A stretch of 63,945 nucleotides of DNA, filler included, from Trypethelium eluteriae (GCA_051942245.1; 4 parts of 4 records of this genome joined end to end with filler, not necessarily neighbours in it); one strand, 5' to 3'; numbered from the whole stretch's first letter, positions 25,864 to 40,234 are shown. The notes: a model not told the origin generated them from the letters alone. Program-made: numbers and translations.

Positions 25864-28800
25864 ATGGCGTTTTCTCATGCATCTTTAGACTCTCTTTCTG
25901 CTCGTCCTCCTACTCCTCCAAAAGGCCTCGATGAGGTCGAACAAGGCGTTGTCGACGCCCTTGAATTCCTAAAGAGTGACCTCACTATTTCGCTATCCCA
26001 ATCGAACAGCACGACTCGACCCAAGCTTCTCGATACCCCTCCTACAAGCTCGCCTCTTTCCTCCCAAGGTCAAAGGGGCGATAGCTGTGAAGCAGCTCGA
26101 AAAGCCGCTGAGAAAAAGGTTGGCTTTTCGCCATGGCCAAATTACCATAGGCCACCGAACTACACTCTGAGAGACTGCGGACTCTCGCCTCTCAAGCGGC
26201 TTCCGCCCTCTCGAGAACTCAGGTCATTCCGATCGATATTGAAACAATCACCGCAATCGGCTCTCCTCTCGTCCTCACACCCCACTGACAATTCGGCATC
26301 CCTGGTTGCTGGGGACCCATTCCCAACTTTCGAAGCCATGCTTGACTGCATGCTGCAACAGCTTGAGCATGGGGATGAAAAGGCGAGGACAGATACATAT
26401 GTGTCTCTTTGCGGCACACTTGGCGCTTGCGAGTGTCTTCCAGAAGAACCGGACGTGGGCGCATTGTACTCACATATGGACAGATTGATGCAACACATCA
26501 GACGAGACTGTACATTTGCTGGCGGCGACAGCAAAGCGGCTGAGACTGGACTCATCGTGCAGTCACTCAAGCTGCTTTCTATCTTCCTCCTCACTCCCAC
26601 TTTGTCCAGAACTATCAAAGACGACGTACGGATCTTTGCAATCGAGAGATCGATTTCAGTCTTACGGGATCCTACAGCACCGAAGCCAGTCATAAAACAT
26701 TACATGTTTATGCTTTCACAACAAAAATTCAACTCGACTATTCTCACAACGGCTAGAGCGCAACGGCTCCTGGACAGCCTGCAGAGCATTGAAGAAAGGA
26801 CGAAGGGCAACAGTATCATCGGAGGGAGACTCTCGATCTACCACAGACTGCTTACTCAAGCACGCTCTGCCTTCCTGTCCAAGATAGACGCTGTTCTCGA
26901 ACACGTCTTCCATGGAATGCTTAGCAGCATTGGGGATATTCGAAAACGTGCCATCGATCTGGGTACTCAGATTGGTCTAATTCTAGGAAAAAGTGGCCAG
27001 AGCCATAGGACTTTGGTCAATCATTTTGCGACAGTACTCGACTCCGAAAATCACTCAGATTATGGTTCATTCTATGCTGGTCGCCTTCAGAGCATGTTTC
27101 ACAACAAAGATTGCCGCGAAGATGTCCCACGTATCTGGACGGTTGCCATACTTTTCTTCCAGAATCGCGGGCATAGAATTCCAAAATGGCCACACGTTCG
27201 CTCATGGTTTCGGATCATACAGCTCTGCCTCAACTGCAGTGATGCACATGTCAGGTTTCAAGCATACTTTGCATGGAATAGACTGATATCCGTTGTCTCT
27301 CCCAGTATGTCTACCACACAGGAAATGGTTAATATGCTCTTACAACCGCTATGCCTCCAACTGCGGCGTACCGAGAGTGGCAAAAGTTCTACTCAAGTCA
27401 AACAATTCGCGTTCTCGAGTTATTGCAATCTCTTATATTATTCTTTCCGACCCTCGAAATCTCCGGAGGAGCTTGAATATTTCTGGGGCGTTTATGTTGA
27501 AAAGCAATTACCAGACCTACTCATGCAAGGTCACGAGTACATCGACAGAACAAACCAGATTCTATCAGCATTGTTCGGGGCTGGAGACCGCAGTTCATGG
27601 GATGAAGGTAGAGCGAACAATCCTGATTCGGTGAAGCCGCGAGAGCTTCCACAACTTAACACCAAATGGCTTCGGAGAAGGATCTCTGCCATCTTACCAA
27701 TACTTGAACGGGTCTTTGAGGCAGACTGTCAGAGGGAGATTCCACTTGAAAACATGCCAAGCGCTCGAACCTGGGGACACCTCATGGATGCTTTAGCTGA
27801 CGCAGGCAGCCAAGAAGTTAAGGCATCATCCGAACTACGACAAGCTACGGCTCAAATCATCACGTCACTACATAGGCTTTGGAATAAGATCGTGTTTCCA
27901 CGAGATCGCGAGTCTCTTCCTACAAAATCCTCGGTGGGCCTCTTCACGAGTTTGGCGTGTTCAGCAATGAGTAAACTTGGGTCGCTCCATTTCACTCAAA
28001 GGATCCTAGTCGAGAAGCATTCTGCTACGTTCGAAGTTGCGCCTTCACCTTCTCACCGCTCTCATAAATCTGCGAAACCACTTCAATCTCCATTCCATTG
28101 CATCTATCGATTGATGGTTTCCTCACCTTTCTTCGGATCTTGCAGAGAAGTTGCGATGCTCGGACTTTCAAAACTAGTCCACCTCGCCTACACTTCTCAA
28201 AACACCCTTCAAGCTAAGTTCAGTCTTTTGCAAGATTGTACGGATACTGCTCTCGATCCCCGACCACGCGAAGATGGAATATTTGCCTATGTCTGGCCAA
28301 TCTTGGCAAATGAGACAAGAGAAGCCTTGTCCTCTGTGCCAATCATCCACCCTGGAACTGAACGACCCCTTGGACAGGAATTGCGGATTGTAACAAGCAT
28401 TCTCGTTGCTGCTCTTCGTTCAGACACGCAATCATGGTCTGCAAGTCAGACTCTGTTCGTAGAGCTTGTCAATGCTGCTAGGAATAAAGCTAGTGCTTTG
28501 GGTGAGGCGCGAACCGCCATGGAGTCGCTCACTCAAGCACTCGGTAGCTGCAAGATGAGCTTAAACGATGATAGTATCTTATTCTGTACTTCGCTGATCT
28601 TGGGAAAGAGCTATCGAAAAGAAGACCCGCAGCCACTAGCACTGGAACAACGGACAGCGTGGGACTGGATGTCAAAGAATCAAGATGAGCAAGTAGCCGA
28701 ATCCTTTGAAGAGATCTATTGCCTGATAGATGAATCGCTGAAACGGTGTTTCCGGCCGGACCAGCTCGAATGTCAGCCGTTCATCCATGAGTTTCTATCG

Positions 28801-31561
28801 TCCTTGATTGGATTCATCGACTCCGCTCCTCTGAATTCTAAAGCCACTGTCCTTTGCAGAATACAGGATGGATTAGCATCTATGCTGGAAGATGCTGGAG
28901 ATTTGTGCAATGAGGCGAACGATATACTCCAAATGGTAGGTTCATTCCATATCCGGTTTTTTAGGTGCTGACAGAAGTGTAGGAAGTGGAGCTATGGTTG
29001 GCAGTCAATAAATCTCTGCGAGACCTTCCATGTCATGATGATCTACTCTTGAAGAGTCTAGCTCCTCTTATCTCTGCTGGATTTGGTAGTCGTCACAGGT
29101 GTTTTTCCTCAATGTTAGTGGATACCTGGAATGATACGTTTGGGAGGGCAGAGGGATTAGAGTATCCCAATCCGGTTGAATTTGCTTTACGGCAATTAGG
29201 GCCGCAACTCGATATCCGCCATCCGAACTTTTCGTATAACGACGGTGACAGGGTAAGCGATGCATTCCATTCTATTCTTCGCAGCTGATGATATAGGCTT
29301 GTGCAACTCCTGCGGACATGGCTGGATCTAGTCATAACGCCGGGTCAAATGGGTCAAACAGATTTGGGCAGGCTTTAGAAGAGCCCAACGAAGTGACGGT
29401 GGAGCAGAGTCCACATCCGCTCAGAACGATCAGCAGCGAAGAGCAAGCTCCAACACCCGCAACTCGCAGGATATGTTCGCCTATTAGACCAACTCCCAAA
29501 GCACGCCTAAAGCACAATGATTCTCAGATCGAATTCGCTGTGATTGAGTCTTCTCCCACAAATTATGAGGCAATGGAGTCACAATTACTAACAGAGCATC
29601 AGAAGGAGGTGCGGTCGCAACAGCAAGCTGAAGCGGCGGCAATGTTTCCGGATATTCGCTCGGGCTCAGTCTCGAGGGCGAAGCAGACGCGTGAGCTTAC
29701 AATCAACAATACCGTTGCAGATTTTGAGGAGGCTGCGACTCCCTCCCCGCACCTTGAGCCTATGGATGACTACTTGAGCTCATCTCCCACGCCTGGCTCT
29801 GCTGCCAAACGAGAGTTGATCATGCGTGATGAAATCCCGTCGAGCTTTGATCAGGAGAGGAGAGCGTCTCATAATAGCAACGAGGAAGAAGAGCCACCTT
29901 CCTCACCGCCAGAGCGGATTGGCGAAAGCGATGAAACACGAGCACGGCATTCTGGAGAAGACGAACAAGCGTATATCGAATACGCTCTGCAGGAATATGT
30001 TGACTTATCTGCCGGGGAGGCCCTGGCGACCACATTGGACACGGTTGGCGTAAAGAAGGATCCAGCCGACCCTGAGCAAAGAGCTTCGATACAGGCGTCC
30101 CCGTCGCTCTCTGGCGAAGTGGAGATAACCGATGCTAATGCTGAGAATGTGCCCTTTTACCGCGAAATGTACGACGAACATGACGGTCGAACAAGTGGCA
30201 ATGAAGTAGAGGAACAAAAGATCACCGACGGAGACCAGAATGCAATAGGGTTTGATCTCCCTGGATATTCGATGCCAGAAGATCAGGCTCGGGGCTTGGG
30301 ACCAATGGATGCGGCCGCAATGCATACGGAGATGCAAACTGAACCAGAGACTTCCCGGGCCAGGAATGAAGCATCTGTCGATGCACCATGCGTGATAAGT
30401 GATCAAGTATCTGACACAGCAGATGAACCAGAGATCTTTGTAGACGCGTCTCAAAGCCCGCTACAAGAGGGCGTAGAAGATCTAGACGACACTACTCCAT
30501 CAAGGAACGACAAACGTCAACCACAAACTTTGATACCGGATCTCAACGATCAAGACAACCCCCAAACAAGCGATTTGGCCGATGTTTGCGATTCTTTTCT
30601 CATGGGGACAAAGCAAACACAGCTAGAGGCTTCTACGCACAAACCGGAGTATTTTGAAACGCCTAATTCACCAACGGAGAGTCCGCAAGACTGTCAGACA
30701 TCTGATGAGGATGTAGCTGGACAAACCAAGCGCAAACGAAGCTACCAAGACCCAAGCAAGACCGGCAGGCCTACAAAAAGGCGAAGGTCACGTCCTCTAC
30801 AGCCCATCGATGCAAATTCACAGACTACAGGAGACGACGAAATTCAAGACTGCATCACTGTGCTGCCTCCTACCTTTGCATCTGTCTTAAAACGCCGGGG
30901 ATCCACACGCAAATCACTAAGTAATCAATCATCTGTTCGGCTTGCGAAACAGCAAGAACAGCCTTCTAAATCGACATCAAATTACATCCATTCCGAAGAC
31001 GGTCTATCGCGGCATAAACGCAAGATGCCTTCTTCATCGCCTCAAGAGGACAAGCCCATCAAAAACTTCCGAAGCGGGGGAGGTCCCATCAAGGTTGACC
31101 GTAATACCGTCGACCACCAAATCGAGAAGAACAAAACAGAAGAGGAGCCAATACCAGGCAGCATGAGATTTAGTCATGTGGAGATCGAAACGAGTCAGCA
31201 TCGACGGGGAGCGTCTACGGAGCCAATATATGAGGATGTTTTCTACAGCTCGAGTGCAGATGACAGCGATGGAGGTGTTTCAGTGGGTGCCACCGAGGAC
31301 GTTGATGCAGAGCGTCGCACAGCAGGGAGGGCACATGCAGAGGATGCGGAGGCGCGACAGCAGCTTGTCTCGGAAGAGAAAGCGGCACAAGCCGCACGAC
31401 GCATTGCGCAACCAAAGAGCATCATCGAACGGTTGAAGGGAGTCTTGGCGGATTGCAAGGGAGTGATATTCGGATCTCAAGACCGGTTGCAGGTGTATGA
31501 TACATTAGCGGAGCTGCAGGCGGAAGTGGTAAGGCGGAAAGACGGTGAAGGCGAGCATTAG
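25864..31561 (+). CDS. RIF1: Rif1 telomere-length and replication-timing regulator, 3 exons
   Basis: RPPTPPK start; N-terminal PP1-docking motifs KKVGF (RVxF) and SILK; HEAT-like helical region; LKHNDSQIEF; disordered C-terminus. Introns at about 28936-28983 and 29252-29297. Confidence 0.88.
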
Positions 31562-31997
31562 AGGGTGTTGTTGGAATGTGAGGCTGACATGTGATTCGCA
31601 TTTGATGAGGCAGGGCTGTAGAGAGAAGATCAGTCATGGATCAGTCATGCATGGTTCGGAAGGGTATCAGCGCAATGGGCAGTCCTGTCAAAGTAGCAGA
31701 TTCCGTCAATGATCTACAGATTTGCTGTTGAGCCAACACGGCACCATGGAGCACAAAGACTCGCCTTACGCACAGTTACGTAGCTCTGGAGCGTTGCGTT
31801 TCACATTTGAAGCCACCCAGAACACGCATCCAACACCACCCCACCACGTCCAACCATCCCGGCACCGGCTGCAGTTCAATTGCCCCTCCCATCCTCCGGC
31901 CTTTTCCCACCATTTTCTACCTTTGCCTGAGCGCTTCTGACCGTCTTCACCTCATTTTGTCCCGCGACCCTCTTCCAGTCTCTCACCTTCGACCATC

Positions 31998-33143
31998 ATG
32001 GTTGACCGCGCCAATAAACCCAGTGCTATCGCCCCTTCGCCCGGTCTTCCTCAACCGCAAGTCAATCTCTCCGACGACAACTCGAGAGTGACGGCCACTC
32101 TACCGACGGGCGAGTCAGTGGAGATCTTGCTTCATGGCGCTACGGTGATATCATGGAAGAGCGGTGGAGTCGAGAACCTCTGGCTGAGTGAAAAGGCTGT
32201 ACTGGATGGGAGCAAGCCAGTGCGGGGAGGAATACCAGTTGTCTTTCCGGTAAGTTAAAGCCCGTCATCACCTGGATTTGTCATGTTATCATTTCTACAT
32301 CTTTCCCAAAGCCACTCAAGCTCGCGCGGTGCCTTAGAAAGCAGGAGATCCCATCGTTACTCATCTGACTTCAGGTCTTCGGAGGTCCACCAGCCAACCA
32401 CGCAACCTCGACATTACCATCGCATGGCTTTGCCCGCAATTCACGATGGGAGTATCTCGGTAAATCCACATCGGAGTCCGGCGCACTGTCTAAAGGGGGT
32501 GATGATTGTGTGAAGCTCGACTTCGGTCTGTACACAGCAACATTGAGCGAGGAGGCCAAGAAAGCGTGGCCCTACGACTTCGGCTTGGTCTACTCAGTTA
32601 CCCTGGGCAAGGATGGCCTCCAAACGATGCTGAATGTGCGGAACGAGGGCAAAGTGGCATTCGAGTTCCAGATGCTACTTCACAGCTACTTCAGAGTAAA
32701 GGTAAGCCGCAATCTTTCACGATCCACCCAGAAACCAAATTGCTGACTGAGCACTCCTTTCGTAGGACGTCTCTAAAGTCGCGGTCAAAGGTTTGACTGG
32801 CGTGACCTACATCGACAAAGTTCTCAATGCCCAGATAGCCACCGAGTCCAATCCCGCAGTGCGCATAACTGGTGAAACCGATCGCGTCTACCAATCTATC
32901 CCTCAGGACACGACCTCGATTGTTGAAGCGGACCAGCCACGATATGATGTTGTGCGGGATAATCTCGAAGACTCTGTGGTCTGGAATCCATGGAAGGAAA
33001 AGGCAGCCTCCATCGGGGACTTTGAGCCTAAGAATGGATACATAAACATGATCTGCGTGGAGGTAGGCAGCGTCAAAGGGTGGCAGAAACTGGATGGAGG
33101 TGAGACTTTTGAGGGAGGACAAATCATCCGGTCGTCACCATGA
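31998..33143 (+). CDS. Glucose-6-phosphate 1-epimerase (aldose 1-epimerase family), 3 exons
   Basis: HGATVISWK, KPVRGGIPVVFP, HGFARN, LHSYF, ETDRVY, VVWNPW, MICVEVG. Confidence 0.92.
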
Positions 33144-33520
33144 GAAGACAAAGTGCGTGGAGTGCTTCATAAATGATCGAAGATCAAGTCTTCAAACCAA
33201 TTGGTGGGACCCTTGGTCGGGCTCTTGGGACATTGGGTATGAATACTCCACAAGGCATTGCATAGAATCAGCGGCATCTCATATACCAGTCACGACAAGT
33301 TCGACCATGATGACAACCCGATTTAGAGTACTTATGATGACATATCGCAGCTTAAAGTCGTCGATTGAAAGTCTTCATACGTCAATATTTGTGATTGTGT
33401 TGCTCTTGCGCTTCCATGGTCTTGCATAATTATCAAGATTGTTCTCATCTACAATAATCCGCATGTCTTTTTACCATCTCCGCGTCGTCTCATTTCCTCT
33501 ACATCGCTCAGACTTACAAC

Positions 33521-34403
33521 TTATAACTTCGCCTTCTCCTTCTTCGCCGCCTCCTCCGCCTCCCTCGCCTCTGCTTCCCAATCTCTCGCCGCAAACGCCC
33601 GATTACGCTTTTTATAAATATCCGTCCACGCATCCGCCGCTCCTTGCGCCATAAATCGCTGCCCGTGATCTGCAAAACTAGGAGGATCTCGATAAAACAG
33701 ACTGTTCAAGCTCACCTCCACTATACACCCATTCTTCGCGTTCTTGGTATCCTTCCACGATCCCTCTCCTTCTCCCCCCAGATCGCCAAGCTCGTCAAAC
33801 GCTCGCATCATCGTACTCATCGGCGTCCGCATCTCCTCGGGCCAAGCATCCAGCAGCCCCGCCGGCGCCAGCCCTGTCACCACCACCGCAGGACAAATCG
33901 CATTGACCGTGATGCCCACGTCTGCTGCCGCCGGCGCTAGACTCCGCGTCAGTCCTACCAAGGCGTGCTTCGCAGCACAATACTGCGGGATTGCAGGCGC
34001 CGCGTACAGCCCTGCGCTGCTTGACGTGATCACAATGCGCCCTTTCACGCCTCCTCCTCCACCTCCTTCTCCTCCTGCTGCAGAGCTCCCAGGCTTGCGT
34101 CGCGACATATACCACGCCGCGAGCTTAACCCCATAGTACACGGCATCGAGATCGACCTCGAACGTCCGCAGACTCGGCTTCCGCGGCCCCTCCAGCCCCT
34201 TACTCTCTTCCGCCTCTATCGAATTGAAGATATCGTCCCGGTCGTCGATCCCCGCGTTCAGCGCCGCGAAGTCGAGCCGGCCGAAGCGCGCGAACCCGGC
34301 GCGGAAGAGCGCCGCTTGCTGCTCCCAGGATGCGACGTCGGTGCGGACGAAGAGCGTGCGGTTGGAGGGGAAGGAGGTGCTGGATGAGGGGGGAGGGGGG
34401 TTC
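33521..34403 (-). CDS. Short-chain dehydrogenase/reductase with C-terminal PTS1-like AKL, 5'-truncated
   Basis: GRLDFAALNAGI, GRIVITSS, YCAAK (YxxxK), ITVNAICP; ends ..KEKAKL*. The TGxxxGIG N-terminus is lost in the gap. Confidence 0.88.
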
Positions 34404-34503
34404 NNNNNNNNNNNNNNNNNNNNNNNNNNNNNNNNNNNNNNNNNNNNTTAATTAATTAANNNNNNNNNNNNNNNNNNNNNNNNNNNNNNNNNNNNNNNNN
34501 NNN
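34404..34503. other. Artificial contig spacer
   Basis: N44-TTAATTAATTAA-N44. Sequence to the right does not encode the missing SDR N-terminus. Confidence 0.97.
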
Positions 34504-36002
34504 GCCTACGCCCACCCGCCCTTCCAGCCTTGGTGCGCCGATGGCCGGCCCTCGATCACCACTTCCCTCCTTCCTGCCACCGCGTCACCATCATGGGCTG
34601 ATCCACCTCGAGCTGTACAACTCCAAAAACAACGACTCCACCACGCCCGAACGTGCTGCCAACATCATACTTGCATGAGTCTACATCTTTGACGGCCAAC
34701 GCGTTCTGACACTCCGCTCTTTTGTCGGCAATGTTCGGTGTCTACATATTTCAGGCTTCCAGCTTTGTATCTTGTAGTTGCTTTTTGTTCGCTTTACCCG
34801 TCACTGGTCACTTTCGTTCCCACAGTGAAAATTTCATATACGTCTTGTTATTCAAAAGGCCTTACTGTGCCTGAAAACAGTCTAGCAGTCTTTGACTGCT
34901 GACACCGCCGGTATCCTCGTCTCACAACGGAATATACCATGGCCACCCGTGGGGATCCATGGATATTCCAGGAATGTGTTTTAGTGGAGCCTCAGCAGCT
35001 GACAGAGCACCTGTCGATATCCGTCCACTCCAGCACGCCACCAGAAGCAGAGCTGACCACCTCATCTTAGATTTGGTCTAATCATGTTCTGCTGTCGGCA
35101 TTCATGCGCAGGCTGAACACACGTGCAGATATCAACAATCGTTGGTGCCTTTTCACTTATCATCGAATGGCCCGACTGGAATGCTGCGTCAGCTTCAGCT
35201 TGATGTCGTGATACTGTTTTTATTTTGCTCAACTCAGCCCTTCCATCCAGATCCTGCATTACAAATGAGTGGGACTACCTTGCGCGCTTCACATCAATCG
35301 GTGTGACTTCACGCTGGACAGGACAAACGCCACCGGTGCATTGGCCGCAAGGCTTTGGCGTGATTTGACAGAAGAGCCGGGCTCTTGCATCACTGTACAC
35401 GACATGAGCACAAAATTGTCTGGATGCCAACCTGTCTGTCGTCTCTCACAGGGCCGACGTCGAAGGAGCAGAAGATGTGCAGTGAACAGAAGAGGCCCTC
35501 ATGCGCGATTGCAGCTGAGAACGAAGTTGGAGTGGTACCGAATTTTGCTGTCCACAAACGAAGTATCCGTTCGACTTTCCCGTTCCTTATCAATTTTCCA
35601 CCGTTAATTCTCATATTTTACCTCTCAGTCTCGCTAAATACTTATCGTCCTCCCATCAACTGTTCGTAAGAGTTTGCGCAAGGTCTCCACCCTTTTTATC
35701 GTAAAGTGTTCACGCTTTTTACAGAAAGATGACGTGCCATGGTCTCTGCTCTCGATTTTTTCTCATTCCCTCATATTCATTGCCGGAAACCGACTTCGGG
35801 ACTTTCAGTAAAATTAGATGAACGCCATCCGTGACGGTGCTTTCGCTAGTATGGCTGCACTCAGTTCATTGGGGTAATCTGAAAAACGCGTGGCAGTTGA
35901 GTATTAGTATCAAGTTGGGACACACCAGCATTGTTGACATGGGAAGCTATAGAAACAAAGCATCTCAATGGAGTCAGCCTGTTGTCAAGCAGCTATCTGA
36001 AT

Positions 36003-36386
36003 ATGGAGCTTCCCCGATTAACAAATCACACTTCAGCGATCGCTCAGCGATCGCCCACCGAATCTACCCTTGGTGGCCTAACCAAGCGTTACAGTGAGGA
36101 ATACCGGGAAGGTACTACCGCGCTCAAGCACCATGCCATTGGTTCTGACTCCAAATCTTCTCAGTACTCTCTTAGAGTAGGTAAAGATAGAGCAGGTACA
36201 CAGCAGAATATCTTCAACGGACTCTTGACCGATGTGCTTCGGACTCTTGTCTACAATCTTGACATAAATATTGCTGACGAGTTCTCCAACCATGTGGAGG
36301 TCAAAGCACCGGCCATACCCAATATCACCGACATATCTTATTTCACCCTGGGCGATGTAAGTTCCTCAAAATGGAACGTAATATAA
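36003..36386 (+). CDS. Hypothetical protein exon, possibly a relic
   Basis: Open frame from ATG 36003 with a GTAAGT donor near 36357; downstream exons could not be resolved. Confidence 0.3.
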   Translation: MELPRLTNHTSAIAQRSPTESTLGGLTKRYSEEYREGTTALKHHAIGSDSKSSQYSLRVGKDRAGTQQNIFNGLLTDVLRTLVYNLDINIADEFSNHVEVKAPAIPNITDISYFTLGDVSSSKWNVI

Positions 36387-36725
36387 GTTCTGCCATGGGT
36401 AGAGATAACTCAAAATTCGATAATCGAGATAGTCAAAGGTAAACGACTTTATGATAGGTGACAGCGTTCTTCACACCCGAAGTAAAATGTAAGGCGCGCA
36501 TTAGCGTATTTTTCAACGGCGGGAGCCGGGAGCTAAGAACCAAGGGAAAAATTGCCGTCTATCTGCAGTTGTTTCATGAGTCGCTCGATTTTAGACAAAC
36601 CCCACAGGTTTTCTTCCCACATTCAGCGAGGCCTAGGGTTCTCATGCAGTCTTCTACACCATCCTCATAGAGATATAGGAGGAGTCCAGCTGCGGACTTC
36701 CCATCATTCACGTCCGACCTAGAAA

Positions 36726-38185
36726 ATGCTACTCTGGAGCAACACAAATATCGTTGTACCTACCCCAAGTCTACGCAAGTTTGAGCAAGCTGCCCTTCGC
36801 ATCTGGAACAGCGCTGCAGCGGTTACAAAGGACATCTTTGAATCTCTGGGAGGTATTCAAGACGCTCTGGCACCAACCAAGAGACAGAAAGCAGCAAAGT
36901 CCGCTGCGAAACGGTCAAGAGTCAGGGTCGAAGAGGCCTTGGAGCTAATCTGGAAAATTCGTGAAGGGGAGCCGGTAGACGAGGGGTTTCTGATACAAAG
37001 ACAGCTTAATGGTCAGGAGTATCAGCGCCTGTTGAGTCGCATAGCTGAGGATCATGAAATGCAACAATACTTCCTAAGGAATATTCGGTGCGTTAGACTG
37101 AGAATAGGGAGCTTTTCGTTCACTAATATCACAGGTACGACTATACTCATGAGACCAAAGTATTCGCGATTCGTATGGGATCATACTTACATAATGGAGT
37201 GTCCGAAGGAATGGGTGACGAGATACAAGCCCAGTTGCGGTCGTTCAGAAGCAGCACCAATCCGAAAACCGCAGAGCTTTGCAGAGATATCAAGCCCTAC
37301 GGTGATGTACAGATAAAGTTCGGCGTCGCTCACAGGAAGTTCGATCGCCACTGTCCGGACAGGTCGTACAAGTACAAACATTGTTACTTCCCAGGGCTTG
37401 TAAATAGAGGTGGCCTGGTCCCAGAGGAAATTAGATCTTCCAGTCTTGGCTGAAGAGTACTTTTACCGATCTCAGGGCTCCATCAGGACCGTTATTGGTG
37501 TAAATATTGAGTACCGCGTCCAGGCACCTGCCACCTTCTCCATTTGGCATGCTGAGATTGATCGGTCCAATGACGAAGAGACCATGAAGGTCGTCGCAGT
37601 CGTTGAAAATCAGGTGCGTCATTTCGACCCCGAGTGCTAAAGCCGTGCCAGTATACTGACCAAATTAAGCAGGCATTTAGAGACAAAAATGGAGATTCAG
37701 TCCCTTCGATGGAAATGCGGCTCGCCCTGACTGATTTCATTTGTCCAGAGCGTTCTGGCTTATTCGAAGACGTTGATGACGAGATAGTATTATCTTCCGC
37801 TGTGCTATGCGAACATTTAGCGGACGCAGAGAGGGACCAAAATATGGAGGACAAACGCTGTCGCGGGGAAATTAAAGACGCACCAGCACAGCCGATAAAA
37901 TGGGCAAAACATCGGGGGCCCAGTGCAGAACCATTGCGACCCGAAGATGAAAGGGACTTTCGAAAAGCTGAACAGCAGGACGAGGAACGAGCAGATAGAG
38001 CGGCTGGGCGTTCCTTCTATCGTCCATCGAAGAGAAAATCACGAGAAGAAGGTGCTGGGGAGAGAACTGCCGACGTAATTCCACCATCCCCGAGGGGCCA
38101 GCAAGCCTCAAGTTCCTCGTTTGCATCGTCTGTGAAGCGGCGTTCTGAAAGGATAAGAAATCGCCTACTTCGTAGGAGTTCATGA
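36726..38185 (+). pseudogene. Uma2/PD-(D/E)XK restriction-endonuclease-like protein, frameshifted
   Basis: Introns 37088-37134 and 37614-37672 give ..RYDY..H..HCPDRSY..FPGLV[fs]IEVAWSQ..LAEEY..IRTVIGVNIEY..QAFRDKNG. An extra A at 37402-37404 breaks the frame. Confidence 0.7.
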
Positions 38186-39032
38186 AAAACGAGGGTGTTT
38201 GATCCCCGTACAACAATAAGGTGATCCGGTGAGTAATCCATTCCAAGATGCGAGATTTGTCATAATCTTGTTGGCCTGACCACGAAATGACCTGACTACA
38301 TCTAGATAGATATCCCGTGGGCTATGAGTATCACGTCGCTGCTCAAAAGAATACCGCCAAGAGGCTGGTGGATGGACCCGCCTGCTGGTCGAAGTGGAAT
38401 GTCAGTATCGACCACATGATCGCGCTTGTTCATGATACCTTACACACTGACCAGGCTTCCCTTGGCAGGCTGACTACAGATTGATATATTCGATGGTCAT
38501 TGGACTTCACTAACAACAATAATTGTAGCCAGTCCTCAGTCTGGGGACTGAAGCAAAATGAAGTGCGTAAGTATGGGATGCTTGGTTGCGGAGAGACATT
38601 TCACATGTTGTCCAAAATCTCCGAGTTCTGGAGAGCCATTGCATGGGGTGTAAACTCTACACTGTTTGACGATACGAAAGCTGACGTTATCAAATTTGTG
38701 GACTAATATTTAGTCCTGAAGCCAACGAGGACCTATTTCGGCCCTCGAATGGAATCTATTCACCTTGGGGGCTGACTCTGAGTGCTTGTTTTGGCGTGGT
38801 CGTCCCAAGAAAAGGCACCGATCATATGCAGAACCTGAATTTCTTTCTTGAGAACAAGTGCGCCAGGATAAACGCGTCGATGGCTTTATCCTGTGAATAA
38901 TGGTTGCTCAAAAAGCATTCAATGCCCTTCACATGACTTCTACTTGTTAAAGCGAAAAATTCGCAACCAAAGCCGGCTTCAAAAAGGGTCGTCGCGAGCG
39001 CTACTCACATTGCTATTGATTAAAACTGACTC

Positions 39033-39302
39033 ATGCCGGACCATCTAAATCCCACATCTTTCCGACTTGGCAGCAACGACGCAGGCGGAGATCTTTCTGG
39101 ACTAGGCCCTCCTTCCAACGTATTGATACCGCTTTCCTGTGCCTACGGAATCTGGTCCTGCTGCGCTTGTGGAGACGGACGCTTCTTGCTCTCTGTATAC
39201 CCAGCTTGTCCAAATTGCGGACACGCAATTTGCAGCTATTGTCCTCAGCTCCTGTTACAACAATCAATCATCGCCCACAATACAGCGACGTCCTTACGCT
39301 GA
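39033..39302 (+). CDS. Small Cys-rich putative zinc-binding protein
   Basis: WSCCACG-x9-ACPNCGHAICSYC motif in an ATG-initiated 89-aa ORF. Confidence 0.4.
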   Translation: MPDHLNPTSFRLGSNDAGGDLSGLGPPSNVLIPLSCAYGIWSCCACGDGRFLLSVYPACPNCGHAICSYCPQLLLQQSIIAHNTATSLR

Positions 39303-40234
39303 TATCAGGCTATTTCGAACCTCGCCAATAGTCGCCGAGCATGTGCCAATATCGGCAAGCTGAACATCTCTGCCACCACAGAGTCTTTGTCAATTGCGAT
39401 AAGTCGTGCTCGACAAGAGCGCAATCAGGCATCATGTGCCCTCTAACTTCTCAGAATGTCGTCGCGACCGGGCTCGATAGCTCTTCCTGCTACAGCTGTC
39501 ACTACAAAGATACGATGGCGCTCTACGATGCTTAGGCCGCACAAGCTCGAGAGGAGTTCCGGCAAAATTTAGTAGAGCGACTTAATGAAGGCTTGGAGCC
39601 GCATCAGTCGAAAGTGGAATGAGGATTGGGCTGCTCCGAGTGACTTTGAGAACGTGACGCGACTGCAGCAACGTGGGAACGGAGCTGTTTGTTGGAGTGT
39701 GCGAGGGCTTGCCTATGAAGCTCATCCCCTTTATCTGAGCACCATGAAATACAACCTTTTCCTATAGCCTTTTTAATATTCTGAAGTTTCCGGTCAAAAA
39801 AAGAAGATTAGACATACCCTATCCAGTGTTCCCTCCTGAAGGAGATTGCCGAAACTCGTTTGGTTTGCGACTCAGATGTGCTGTAACGGTAAGGAAGGTC
39901 TCCGCGCCCTGGACCTGCATTTCCTTGTCTTAACCCTCAGTCATGCGAGAGGAGGACGGGTGTACGGTCACTGCTAGACTGATTTTTGTCAGTCTATGGC
40001 GTCAACGCCTCATTCCGTTGCCTAGTACCATTTTTTGACGCACCATCTTTCTATTAGGGCGCGTGAGTATTTCATTTCTAGACAGCATTCACGGCAGGCT
40101 TCATGTGAGGATCAATAGATTTTCGAGAATACAAAACGGAATAGATTTTCCGTCACTCATCGTATCTTATCCTGCCCTTGTAGTTGAGCCTACATGCTGC
40201 TTCCAGCTCTGCTATGTCACGGGAGTTTGCTGCT

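Noticed and set aside
25068..25934. Overlapping 90-200 aa ORFs between RIC8 and RIF1
   Set aside because: GC-rich divergent promoter/UTR region with no protein motifs.
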